A stretch of DNA of 64,000 bases from Spirochaetales bacterium (GTDB lineage: Bacteria; Spirochaetota; Spirochaetia; Treponematales; UBA12059): contig JAFGNN010000001.1 in the NCBI GenBank assembly GCA_016926955.1, positions 29,968 to 93,967 on the forward strand, in the 5' to 3' direction. The position numbers and the translations under genes are program-made. The notes under the pieces were generated by a model, which saw nothing but the letters and a program-made list of their open reading frames with translations, was not told where the DNA came from and did no database searches. Below are positions 19,203 to 29,887 of the stretch, piece by piece; position 1 is the first letter of the stretch; each line of letters begins with the position of its first letter.

Positions 19203-19997
19203 TTATTGGGGGGAGGTCTTGGTGACGAGGACGGCGCGGTGGCCGAGGCTGTCGAGGCGGGCCATGGCGGCGCGGTACGCGTCCTCGTCGAGGTCCGCCA
19301 GCACGACGCGCGTATAAGGCGAGCCCGGAGCCTTTTCGAGGACGGCGGCGAGGCCCGAGACGGCCAGCTCGTCGCGGAGGCGCGCGGCGTTGGCCGCGTC
19401 GGAGAAGCTGGCCACCTGGATGCGCCAGCGCGTCCCCTCCGCGGCTGCGCCGCCTTCGGACGCCGGGACCGCGGGCGCCGGGGCGAGCCTGGGCGCCGGC
19501 CCGGGTGGCGCCGCGCCCGCGGGCGCGAGCTCGGCGCGGAGCGTGGCGGTGCCCGCGGCGATCATGCCGAGCTCGCGGGCGGCCGCCTCCGACACGTCGA
19601 GGTCGCGTCCGAGCACAAAGGGCCCGCGATCGGTGACCGTCACCAGGACCGAGCGGCCGTTGGCGGGATTGGTCAGGCGGAGCACGGTGCCGAAGGGCAA
19701 GGTTTTATGGGCGGCGGTGAAGCCGTTCTTGTCGAACACGAGGCCCGAGGCCGTCACGCGCCCGTGGAAGGGCTCGCCGTACCAGGACGCCACCATGGCC
19801 GGCGCCACCGCGGGAAGCGGCGACAGGGCCGCCGTTCCGGGCGCAACTGTCGCGGCACCCGAGCCGGATGCGCCCTGCCCCGCCGCGAAGGACGGCAGGA
19901 AGGTCAACGCGAAGAGGAGCGTGCAGGGGAGAAGCGGCGACCGCCCGCGCGGAACCGCAACGCCCCCTTTTCCCCCTCCCCGATTCCCTCTCTTCAT
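19203..19997 (-). CDS. rlpA: Septal ring lytic transglycosylase RlpA family with SPOR domain
   Basis: ASWYG...TAAHKTLPFGT...DRGPF...LDVS; C-terminal IQVASFSDAANA SPOR motif; start uncertain. Confidence 0.88.
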   Translation of the reverse strand: MKRGNRGGGKGGVAVPRGRSPLLPCTLLFALTFLPSFAAGQGASGSGAATVAPGTAALSPLPAVAPAMVASWYGEPFHGRVTASGLVFDKNGFTAAHKTLPFGTVLRLTNPANGRSVLVTVTDRGPFVLGRDLDVSEAAARELGMIAAGTATLRAELAPAGAAPPGPAPRLAPAPAVPASEGGAAAEGTRWRIQVASFSDAANAARLRDELAVSGLAAVLEKAPGSPYTRVVLADLDEDAYRAAMARLDSLGHRAVLVTKTSPQ

Positions 19998-20059
19998 CCC
20001 TCTCCCCTCTTCTCCCTCTTCTCCCTCTTCACTCCCCGTCTCCGTGTCTCCGTGGTTTT
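19998..20059 (-). repeat. AACCACGGAG element copy 3 (single arm)
   Basis: Minus strand AAAACCACGGAGACACGGAG then (GAAGAGGGA)n leading into the rlpA start. Confidence 0.65.
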
Positions 20060-20081
20060 CTTTTTTATCGGCGACGCCTGC

Positions 20082-21392
20082 TCACACCTCGAGGCGCCGC
20101 GCCAGGGCCGCGGCGGCCCCTTGGATGGCCCCGTAGAGCTCGGGAATGTCGCCTGCCTCGACGCTCGAGAAAGCCACGCGGAGGAAGCCGCCCTGCATCG
20201 AGATGGTGCCGATGCCCTGCTCGTCCAGCAGCTTTTTCCGGAGCTCCTCGGCGTCGATGCCCTCGCAGCGGTAGGACATGAAGTAGCCCGAATTGAAGGG
20301 CAGGACGCGGAGGCAGGCGGGCGGGGGATTCGCGGCCAGGAACGAGCGGACCGCCCGGTAGCGCGTCTCGAGGATGCCCTTGAACTCGGCCTTCTGCGCC
20401 TCGACGCCGGGGGTCTCGAGGGCCTTGAGCAGGATGTGCTGGGTCGGGGCGGTCGAATTCGAGACGGCCGAGCGCACCACGCCCATGAGCTTCTTGACCA
20501 GGGCCTCGTACTGCGCCTCCTCGAAGCCGCGGCAGGCGAAGCTGAGGAAGCCCGCGCGGAAGCCCCACACGTAGTCCTCCTTGGTCGGGCCGTCCACCTT
20601 GGCCGCGAGGATGCGCTCGTTGCGGTCGGCCAGCAGGGCGAAGACCGACTCGCCGAGGGAGTCCGCCTCGTACTGGAGGCCGAAGTAGGCGTCGTCGGCC
20701 ACCACGAGCAGGTCGACGCCGCTCGCCGCGACGCGCTCGAGGGCGGCGACGATGCCGTCAGCCTCGGCCTTCGAGGGCGAGTAGCCGGTGGGGTTGTTGG
20801 GGAAGTTGAGGATGGTGAGCGCCCGCCCGCGCGCGCGGCCCTCGGCGGCCAGGGTTGCCTCGAAGCCCGCGACGTTGAAGCGGCCGTCGGGCGCGAACAT
20901 CGGATAGGTGGCCAGGCGCGCGCCCTTGCGCTCCTCGAGGATGAGGCGGTAGTTCGGCCAGAAGAGGTCGGGCACGACGACGGCATCGCCGGGCTCGATG
21001 AAGAGGTCCGCCAGGAAGGAGACGCCGGCGGTAAGGCCCGGCACCACCACGGGCAGGCTGAAGCGCTTGCCCGCGAGCGAGGGGTTCTTGCGGACGAGCT
21101 CCTGCTTCCAGCGCGCGCGCAGGGCCGGGACGCCGGCGGTGGGCGCGTAGGCCACGGCCTCGCGCTCGGTGAGGCCGGGCAGCTGGGAGCGCACCGCGTC
21201 GAGAACCATGGGCTTGCCACCCGAGAAGGCCATGCCGATGGTGGCGTTGAAGCGCTTCGCCTTCTCGGTGGCCTCGGCGCTCTGGGCAAGTATGCCCTTG
21301 GGGAAGTACATGCGCTTGCCCGAGGCGGAGAGCAGGCGGTCGGCGCAGGTGCCGGCGAGGGCGCGGTTCAGGTCTTCGGCGAGGGGGTTCAT
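20082..21392 (-). CDS. Aminotransferase class I/II, PLP-dependent
   Basis: NFPNNPTGY, DDAYFG, DGPTKEDYVWGFRAG; ATG 21392 after AGGA RBS. Confidence 0.9.
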   Translation of the reverse strand: MNPLAEDLNRALAGTCADRLLSASGKRMYFPKGILAQSAEATEKAKRFNATIGMAFSGGKPMVLDAVRSQLPGLTEREAVAYAPTAGVPALRARWKQELVRKNPSLAGKRFSLPVVVPGLTAGVSFLADLFIEPGDAVVVPDLFWPNYRLILEERKGARLATYPMFAPDGRFNVAGFEATLAAEGRARGRALTILNFPNNPTGYSPSKAEADGIVAALERVAASGVDLLVVADDAYFGLQYEADSLGESVFALLADRNERILAAKVDGPTKEDYVWGFRAGFLSFACRGFEEAQYEALVKKLMGVVRSAVSNSTAPTQHILLKALETPGVEAQKAEFKGILETRYRAVRSFLAANPPPACLRVLPFNSGYFMSYRCEGIDAEELRKKLLDEQGIGTISMQGGFLRVAFSSVEAGDIPELYGAIQGAAAALARRLEV

Positions 21393-21632
21393 GGATGCTG
21401 TCCTCCGGAATTCATGGTGCGGGAACGCCGCGCGGGGTCGACGGGGACGGGGACGGCGGCGCGGATCCGGCCCGACCAGTCTGGACCCGTTCCCGGGTCC
21501 GGTCAAGCGCGGGCACCCCGGCCGGAAGTCGCGGGCGCGGGCGGGCATTTGCGCTCCGCCCGCCGAAGCGCGACACTCTCGGGTGGGCGGATCCGCGTCG
21601 CGGCCGTCCGCACTACCGCGAGGAGAGGGGCG

Positions 21633-21938
21633 ATGCTCAAAAAGGCCTACGCGAAGAACGGGGCGACCTGCAAGGTCACCTTTTCGATCAGCGCCGATGA
21701 GTCGGGCGGGGCCGCCCGGGCCGCCGTGCTCGGCGACTGGAACGGCTGGGATCCGGAGGCGCTGCCCATGAAGCGGCGCGCCGATGGCGGCTTCGAGGCC
21801 ACGGCCCCGCTCGCGACCGGCCGCGAGTACGCCTTCCGCTACCTGCTCGACGGCGAGCGCTGGGAAAACGACTGGAACGCCGACCGTTACGACCTCAACC
21901 CCTACGCCACGGCGGACAATTCGATAGTCATGGTCTAG
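21633..21938 (+). CDS. Isoamylase early-set (CBM48-like) domain protein
   Basis: MLKK...CKVTF, GDWNGW, YAFRYLLDGERWEND; RBS GGAGAGG. Confidence 0.85.
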   Translation: MLKKAYAKNGATCKVTFSISADESGGAARAAVLGDWNGWDPEALPMKRRADGGFEATAPLATGREYAFRYLLDGERWENDWNADRYDLNPYATADNSIVMV

Positions 21939-22085
21939 GTCCGGAACGCGGCCCCGGCGTCCCGCGCCGCGTCCTGCGGAAGCAGCTGCTTGACGTATAT
22001 CGTTACGTTTATATTGACAGAGTTGTTTATTCAAAGGTATCACTCTATCCGTATCGATACGCTTGGAATCCGCAGGAGGAACACC

Positions 22086-22898
22086 ATGAAGCGCATTATC
22101 GCCATCGCGACGCTCCTTTCCGTGGTCCTGGCCGGCGTCGCCGTCGCCCAGAGCTACAAGGACGGCGTCTATTTCGCCCAGCAGACCACCTACTCCAGCT
22201 CCGGCTGGCGCTACCAGGCCGTCATCACCGTCTCCGGCGGAAAGATCGTCAAGGCCGAGTGGAACGGCATCTCCAACCTCGGCGTGGTCGACAAGAAGTC
22301 CTACGCCGCCGCCGGCAAGTACGGCATGGCCAAGGTCGCCAAGAACGGCGAGTGGCACCTCCAGGCCGCCAAGGTCGAGGCCGCCCTGGTCAAGGCCGGC
22401 TCGCCCGACAGGATCGCGGTCAAGGCCGACGGCAAGACCGACGCCATCGCCGGCGCCTCCATCACCGTCAAGGAATTCATCGACCTGGCCAAGGTCGCCC
22501 TCGCCTCGAAGCCCGTCGCCAAGGGCTCCTACAAGAAGGACGGCTGGTACTTCGCCGAAGCCGCCGCCTTCGAGTCCTCCGGCTGGAAGGACAACGTCCT
22601 CCTCACCGTGGTGAACGGACGCATCGTCGACGTGCTCTGGAACGGCAGCTACAAGGACGCCACCAAGAAGTCCAAGCTCGTCGAGGCCTCCGCCGGCCGC
22701 TACGGCATGGCCAAGGTCGCCAAGAAGGGCGAGTGGCACGTCCAGACCGCCGCCATGGAAGCCGCCCTGCTCTCCAGCCAGGACCCGTCCAAGATCGCGG
22801 TCAAGGCCGACGGCAAGACCGACGCGGTCTCCGGCGCCTCGATCACCGTCAAGGGCTTCCTCGACCTCTGCACCCAGGCGCTGAAAGCCGCGAAGTAA
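22086..22898 (+). CDS. Secreted tandem FMN-binding (flavinylation) domain protein
   Basis: Signal peptide ending AVA; two homologous domains with KDGxY and DAIAGASI / DAVSGASI motifs; RBS AGGAGG. Confidence 0.8.
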   Translation: MKRIIAIATLLSVVLAGVAVAQSYKDGVYFAQQTTYSSSGWRYQAVITVSGGKIVKAEWNGISNLGVVDKKSYAAAGKYGMAKVAKNGEWHLQAAKVEAALVKAGSPDRIAVKADGKTDAIAGASITVKEFIDLAKVALASKPVAKGSYKKDGWYFAEAAAFESSGWKDNVLLTVVNGRIVDVLWNGSYKDATKKSKLVEASAGRYGMAKVAKKGEWHVQTAAMEAALLSSQDPSKIAVKADGKTDAVSGASITVKGFLDLCTQALKAAK

Positions 22899-22918
22899 GG
22901 TCCTTACCCCGCCCATCG

Positions 22919-22948
22919 AAACCCCGCCGCCCGTCGGCGGGGTTTTTT
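22919..22948 (+). terminator. Rho-independent terminator
   Basis: AAACCCCGCCG-CCCGT-CGGCGGGGTTTTTT. Confidence 0.85.
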
Positions 22949-22958
22949 CATGCCCTTC

Positions 22959-22981
22959 GAGGTGTCACGAAGCTTTCGGGG
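22959..22981 (-). repeat. Short dispersed repeat, copy 2 (inverted)
   Basis: GAGGTGTCACGAAGCTTTCGGGG is the reverse complement of CCCCGAAAGCTTCGTGACACCTC. Confidence 0.65.
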
Positions 22982-23340
22982 ACGAAGGCGAACGGGCTTC
23001 GCCGCCAGCCCGCCCTACCCTCCCGGCGGGCCCGCGCGCGACGCGGGGCGGCGCCCTTCGCGCCCGCGCGGCGCCGCGAGGGGCTTCACGCGCGGGCGTT
23101 CCACCCGTATCTTGAAGGTAGGTCGCGCCCGGCGCGGCCACGCCCGCCGTCGGCGGGCGGCCGGCGAAACGCCGGCGCGGCCGCGGCCCGTCGCGGGCCC
23201 GTTCGCGACGTTCATTTCCAGCACCATACCCCGAGTTCCGCTCGCCTACCGCGACGCCGGCCAGAATCCGGCGCGCCACGGGACGGAACCGACGGGCCGG
23301 GAAGCGAAAGCGCCCGACCTCCCGCTATTTGGAAAGGAGT

Positions 23341-24987
<1,647 letters not shown>

Positions 24988-25098
24988 TGGTACGCCGCTT
25001 CCGGGCGGCCCCGGAGCTGTCGGGGGGAGGGGCGACCGCGCGCTGAGCGGCAACGCCCCCTTCCACCCGTTCCCCGACTCCGGACCCGGTGCGGGCGC

Positions 25099-25701
25099 TC
25101 AGAAACCCAGCAGCGCCAGGCGGATCCGGTGGCCGAGGAGGAGGAGCCCCGGCGGCAGGGGACGGCCCCGGAAGCGGAGCTCGAAGTGCAGGTGGGGACC
25201 CGTCGAGCGCCCCGTCGAGCCCGAACGCCCGAGCGAGGCCAGGCCGCGCACCAGGACGGGCGCGCCCGCGCGCGTCGAGACCGACTCGAGGTGCGCGTAG
25301 AAGCTCTCGAAGCCGAAGGGGTGCCGCACCCGGACCCAGTTGCCGTAGGAAGCGTCGACGCCGGTTTCCGCGACCACGCCCCAGGCCGCTGGACGGACCG
25401 GCGTGCCGGAAGGCACGGCCAGGTCGACGCCCGGGTGGAACTCGATCGAGAAGGGCGAGATCGCGTCGGGCGCGCGGCGGAAAAAGAAGGACGAGGTCGT
25501 GACGCCGCGCACGGGGTACGCGAAGGGCGGCAGGAGCACCGAGGTCGCGGCGAGGACCGCCGCGATGGCGAGAGCCTTCCGGACGCCCTTCGGAACTGGA
25601 CCGCGCCGCTTCGGCGACCTGCCCTCGGCGAGGGCGGCCGCGTCGCGGGTCGATGCGCGGATGGAGGCGAGCAGCGCGCGGTTCGGATCGGCGTTCGGCA
25701 C
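25099..25701 (-). CDS. M23 family metallopeptidase
   Basis: HPGVD (HxxxD), YAHL, STGPHLHFE (HxH). Confidence 0.88.
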   Translation of the reverse strand: MPNADPNRALLASIRASTRDAAALAEGRSPKRRGPVPKGVRKALAIAAVLAATSVLLPPFAYPVRGVTTSSFFFRRAPDAISPFSIEFHPGVDLAVPSGTPVRPAAWGVVAETGVDASYGNWVRVRHPFGFESFYAHLESVSTRAGAPVLVRGLASLGRSGSTGRSTGPHLHFELRFRGRPLPPGLLLLGHRIRLALLGF

Positions 25702-25781
25702 GGCGGAACTCTACCACGAAGCGCGAAACACGGCTATGCTGGGCCGGATCTACACGACGCGAACCCCTGGGAGGAAGGATC

Positions 25782-26246
25782 ATGAGCGAACCATTCAACG
25801 AGATGACCGGCCACAAGCACTTTTCCGCCGCCTGCTTCAACGCCACGTGGAACTGGATCGACAAGGCCGACAGGACCGAGGACGAGACCGAGGCCATGAT
25901 CCACGCGAGCCACGCGTCGCTGTACCACTGGCGCGCGAGGGCCGACGTCACTGACCTGCAGCTGTCCGTGGGCTACTGGCAGCTTTCGCGCGTGTACTCG
26001 GCGGCGGGCCGCGGCGAGGAAGCCCTGCGCTACGGGATGCTGTCGCTGGAAGCCGCGCGCCGCGGAGCCCTCGAACCCTTCTACGCCGCCTACGCCCGCG
26101 AAGCCCTGGCCCGCGCCGCCGCCCTGCTCGGCCGCCGCGCCGAGGCGGAATCCTTCCTCGAGGAAGCCCGCGAGGACGCCGCGCGCGTCACCGACGCCGA
26201 GAGCCGGAAAGCCCTCGAAGCCGACCTGGCCGGAATCCTCCTCTAG
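25782..26246 (+). CDS. Conserved hypothetical helical protein
   Basis: RBS GAGGAAGG; FNATWNWIDK...HASLYHW...YWQLSRVY. Confidence 0.7.
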   Translation: MSEPFNEMTGHKHFSAACFNATWNWIDKADRTEDETEAMIHASHASLYHWRARADVTDLQLSVGYWQLSRVYSAAGRGEEALRYGMLSLEAARRGALEPFYAAYAREALARAAALLGRRAEAESFLEEAREDAARVTDAESRKALEADLAGILL

Positions 26247-26300
26247 GAAGAAGTCGGGCTCGGGACCGGCGCTTCGGGTTTCATGGCCCGGATGGGTCCG

Positions 26301-27881
26301 CTAGAAGGCGAAGCCCTCGACGGGGGGAGCCGCGTCGCCTTCCGGCGCGTCCTTGCGGGGCGGCTCGGCCGTCTCGTGGACGGCGAGCCCCGCGACCGTC
26401 ATGGCCTTGCGCGGCGTCGCGGGACAGACGGTCTCGCAGGCCCCGCAGCCGATGCAGGTCGGCCCGTGCAGCACGGGCACGGGCAGGGGACGCCCCGGCA
26501 CTGCCTCGATGCGGACGGCGCCGCTCGGGCAGTGCTCGGCGCAGGCTCCGCAGCGCGTTCCCTTCGACACCACGATGCAGTCGGCGAGGACCAGGTTCGA
26601 CTTGCCGATCGCGGTCCGCTTCTTCGCCTCCGGCGCGAGGGGAAGCAGGGCTCCCGAGGGACAGACCCCGGCGCAGGCGACGCATTCGTACTGGCAGAAG
26701 GCGCGGCCGTAGTCGAGGTAGGGAACCAGGGGCCGGGCGAGGCCGAATTCCGCGCCCGAGTGCCTGAGGACGCCCGAGGGGCAGGCGCGCGCGCAGGTTC
26801 CGCAGCCCGTGCAGAGCGAGGCGTAGCGGTCGACCGAAGCGGCGCCCGGCGGCGCGGCGAGGAGCCGCCCCGAGGCTCCCCGGGGAGCCTTCCGGACCAG
26901 GGGCAGGGCGGAGGCGCCCGCGGCCGCGGGCAAGGCCAGGGCCAGGGCGGCTCCCGCCGCGACGGCGCCGGCGTCGGCGATGAAGCGCCGCCGCGAAAGG
27001 TCGGGAGCGCCTGCCCCCTTCGCGGGCCCGGGGCCGTAGGACAGCGCGCCAGTCGGGCAGACGGCCAGGCAGTCGAGGCACTGCACGCAGCGGCTCGCGT
27101 CGAGCCCGGAGGCGTCGACGCAGCGCGCGCGGCAGACCTGCTCGCAGGCGCCGCACGCGACGCAGGCGGCCGGGTCGAAGCGGACCCGGAGCGCGGCCAG
27201 GCGATTGATGGCGCCGAGCGCCGCTCCGACCGGGCAGAGCTCGCCGCAGAACCAGCGGCTCCGGAAGGAGCCGGCCGCGAGGATGGCCGCGAAGGGCAGG
27301 GCCGCGAGGGCGAAGGCGAGCGGCTCCCAGCGCAGGGTGACGACGGGAATGCGGAGCCCGAGCGCTTCGAGGCCGTTCAGGGCGAGGCCGGCGAGATCGC
27401 CCGCGGTGCGTGAAAAGCCCCGCGCGAAGATCGAGTAGGGTTCGAGCAGCGTCGCCGGGGCGGAAAGGCCCGCGGCGAGGGCGCCGGGGACGAGCACCGC
27501 GAGGAGGAGCCTGGCGGCGCCGAAGGCGCGGCCCTTGCGGCGGCCCGGGCCCCGCCGGGCCGAGCGGCCGGCCGAGGCGGCGCGCGCGGCGGCGTCCTGG
27601 CAGGTGCCGAGCGGGCAGAGCAGCGAGCAGTGGAAGCGGCCCAGGACGAGAGCGCCCGCCAGGGCCGCGAGCGCGGCGAGCGCCGAAGCGAGGGCGGCCG
27701 CGAGCAGGGCCCGCTCCAGCGCGTGGAAGGGCTGCGTTCCGGCGAGGAAGCCGGCGAGCGGCACAAGGCCGGGCGCCTCGCTCGCGGGCAGGGCCAGCGC
27801 GAGGCAGAAGGCGGCGAGCCAAAGCCCGGCGAGCAAACCCCGCGCGCGGGCGATCGAGCGGAAGCTCCGGCCTGCCTTCAC
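26301..27881 (-). CDS. Membrane polyferredoxin (NapH/MauN-like TM region fused to NapF/MauM-like 4Fe-4S domain)
   Basis: GRFHCSLLCPLG and WFCGELCPVG motifs, several CxxCxxCxxxC(P) motifs, internal SRRRFI; GTG start overlapping upstream TGA. Confidence 0.85.
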   Translation of the reverse strand: MKAGRSFRSIARARGLLAGLWLAAFCLALALPASEAPGLVPLAGFLAGTQPFHALERALLAAALASALAALAALAGALVLGRFHCSLLCPLGTCQDAAARAASAGRSARRGPGRRKGRAFGAARLLLAVLVPGALAAGLSAPATLLEPYSIFARGFSRTAGDLAGLALNGLEALGLRIPVVTLRWEPLAFALAALPFAAILAAGSFRSRWFCGELCPVGAALGAINRLAALRVRFDPAACVACGACEQVCRARCVDASGLDASRCVQCLDCLAVCPTGALSYGPGPAKGAGAPDLSRRRFIADAGAVAAGAALALALPAAAGASALPLVRKAPRGASGRLLAAPPGAASVDRYASLCTGCGTCARACPSGVLRHSGAEFGLARPLVPYLDYGRAFCQYECVACAGVCPSGALLPLAPEAKKRTAIGKSNLVLADCIVVSKGTRCGACAEHCPSGAVRIEAVPGRPLPVPVLHGPTCIGCGACETVCPATPRKAMTVAGLAVHETAEPPRKDAPEGDAAPPVEGFAF

Positions 27882-28819
27882 AGTTCGATCCTGCGGATAG
27901 CGAGGTTCTCGAGGTCCTCGCGGCCGAGGCCGGCGCGCGCGGCCAGGCCGATGTATTCGAAGGCGGCGGGACCGGGCCCGAAGGTCTTCGCCGCGGCGGC
28001 GTCGAGGGCTACGATGTCGGTCGACAGCACGAGGAGCCGCTGCTCGGAGTAGCGGCTCGACGCGTTCCCCCGCGGACCGCCGGAGAGCATCACCTTGCCC
28101 GCGTCGAGGATGTTGAGGTCGGGCGGCCTGAGCCGCGCGGCTTCCGCTATGCAGGCGTCGAGCCCGCGGGAATGGAAGGCGCCCCGGTCCCAGACCATGC
28201 CCATGAGGTTCTTCATGGCGGCCGTCATGCCCGCGCCGCCGTGGCTCTTGAGCACCGGCACGTTGATGAGGCAGTCGGCCTCCAGCGCGAGCTCGTGGAC
28301 CTTGGCGCGTCCGATGGTCCGCGCCCCCGGGGCATCGACGGTCTGGTAGTAGGACTCGGCGTGGCCCGGCGCCATTTCCGCGCCGGCGGCCTTCGCCGCC
28401 GCCTCGATGCCGGAGTTCGCGTAGCAGGAGCGCCAGACGTCGCAGGTGTGGTCGAACACCGCCACCCGGCGTGCGCCCGCCGCGAGGCACAGCTCGACGA
28501 GACGCCTGACCAAGGCCGGGTCGGTGTTCGCCGCGAGCTCGGGCCGGACATCCCAGCCGATATTGGGCTTGATGACGACCAGGGCGCCCTTCCGCACGAA
28601 ACGGCCGATGCCGCCCGAGGCCGCGAGGGCGGCGTCGAGCCTGGCGGCCGCCCCGCCCCCCTTCACCGCGACCAGGTCGGGGTAGGCGCCTGCCGCGACG
28701 GCGGCCCCGGCGCTCGGCCCGGTTTGAGCGAAAAGCCTCGTCGCGCCTCCGAGCAGCCAGGCCGCGCCGAGGGCGCCGGCGCCCTTCCCGAGCGTCGAAA
28801 GGAATTCCCTGCGGTTCAT
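27878..28819 (-). CDS. DUF362 domain protein with Tat signal
   Basis: MNRREFL twin-arginine signal; VIKPNIGW, ANTDP, NVPVLKSHG, AMKNLMG. Confidence 0.88.
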   Translation of the reverse strand: MNRREFLSTLGKGAGALGAAWLLGGATRLFAQTGPSAGAAVAAGAYPDLVAVKGGGAAARLDAALAASGGIGRFVRKGALVVIKPNIGWDVRPELAANTDPALVRRLVELCLAAGARRVAVFDHTCDVWRSCYANSGIEAAAKAAGAEMAPGHAESYYQTVDAPGARTIGRAKVHELALEADCLINVPVLKSHGGAGMTAAMKNLMGMVWDRGAFHSRGLDACIAEAARLRPPDLNILDAGKVMLSGGPRGNASSRYSEQRLLVLSTDIVALDAAAAKTFGPGPAAFEYIGLAARAGLGREDLENLAIRRIEL

Positions 28820-29601
28820 GGAGCGACCTCCGGGCCGGGTTTGGAGGGGGCGAGCGCCCGACCGGCCACGAGCGCGAGCTCGAAAAGCAGCCAGAGCGGC
28901 GCCGCGACGAGCACCTGCGAGAAGGCGTCCGGCGGCGTCGCAACGGCGGCGACGACGAAGATGGCGACCACGGCCTCGCGGCGGCGGCGGGCCACGGCCC
29001 GGGGATCGAGGGCGCCGACCGCGAAGAGGATCACGAGGACCAGGGGAGCCTCGAAGGCCAGGGAGGAGCCGAGCGCGGCGCCGATCGCGAGGGCGTACCA
29101 CGCGTCCAGGCTCCAGAGCGCTTCGGCGCGCCCCGCCCCGAACGATGCGAAGAAGCGTGCCATGAACGGGACGAGCAGCAGGGCGGCCGCCGCGAGGCCC
29201 GCCGCCTGGAGCGCGAGCGCCGCCCACAGTCCCGCGTCGAGGACGCGGCGCTCGCGTCGGTCCAGGGCCGGCGCCACGAAGGCCCGGATCTGGAGCAGGG
29301 CGAGGGGTACGGTCGCGAGGGCGCCGAGCGCCACGGCGGCCCGAAGCCTCGAGACGAAGAGGTCCTGGGGCCTGAGCGCCGCGAGCGAGGCGCCCGCCGC
29401 CTTCGCCGGCGCCTCGAGAAGGTCGAGGAACGGAGCCGCGAAGGCGAAGGCCGCCACGGACGCGACGGCGAAGCAGGCCGCGGTCGCGAGGACGCGCCGC
29501 CTGAACTCCTCGAGGTGCTCGAGGAAGGGCCGGTCCGCGCCGGAAGCTCCGCCGCGGGCAGGCGCAGGCCGCGCCTCAGCCGTCCTTCCGGCTCTCGGCA
29601 T
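28816..29601 (-). CDS. tatC: Twin-arginine translocase subunit TatC
   Basis: FLEHLEEFRRR, FVAPAL, FEAP, AVATPPDAFSQ, LFEL; start uncertain. Confidence 0.88.
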   Translation of the reverse strand: MPRAGRTAEARPAPARGGASGADRPFLEHLEEFRRRVLATAACFAVASVAAFAFAAPFLDLLEAPAKAAGASLAALRPQDLFVSRLRAAVALGALATVPLALLQIRAFVAPALDRRERRVLDAGLWAALALQAAGLAAAALLLVPFMARFFASFGAGRAEALWSLDAWYALAIGAALGSSLAFEAPLVLVILFAVGALDPRAVARRRREAVVAIFVVAAVATPPDAFSQVLVAAPLWLLFELALVAGRALAPSKPGPEVAP

Positions 29602-29767
29602 CGTCCGCACCCGCTTCCTTGGGGTCCTCGGGCGGCTCGCGGAGTCCCTTGCGGAGCTCGCCCGCGGCGCGGCCGATGCTCCGCGCCAGCTCGGGCAGGC
29701 GCCTGGCCCCGAACAGGACGAGGACGATGACCAGGATGACGACGACTTCGGGCAGTCCGATGTTCAT
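29576..29767 (-). CDS. tatA: Twin-arginine translocase subunit TatA
   Basis: IGLPEVVVILVIVLVLFGARRLPELARSIG. Confidence 0.92.
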   Translation of the reverse strand: MNIGLPEVVVILVIVLVLFGARRLPELARSIGRAAGELRKGLREPPEDPKEAGADDAESRKDG

Positions 29768-29887
29768 TGCGCGCCCCCTTCCCGAGGAGTATACGCCCCT
29801 TCCCGCGAGCGCGCCACGCCCGCAGCCCGGAACGCGTATCGTCCCCGCGGACCAGCTCCGCGGAACCTGAGGCCGCGCTCCGCCTCA

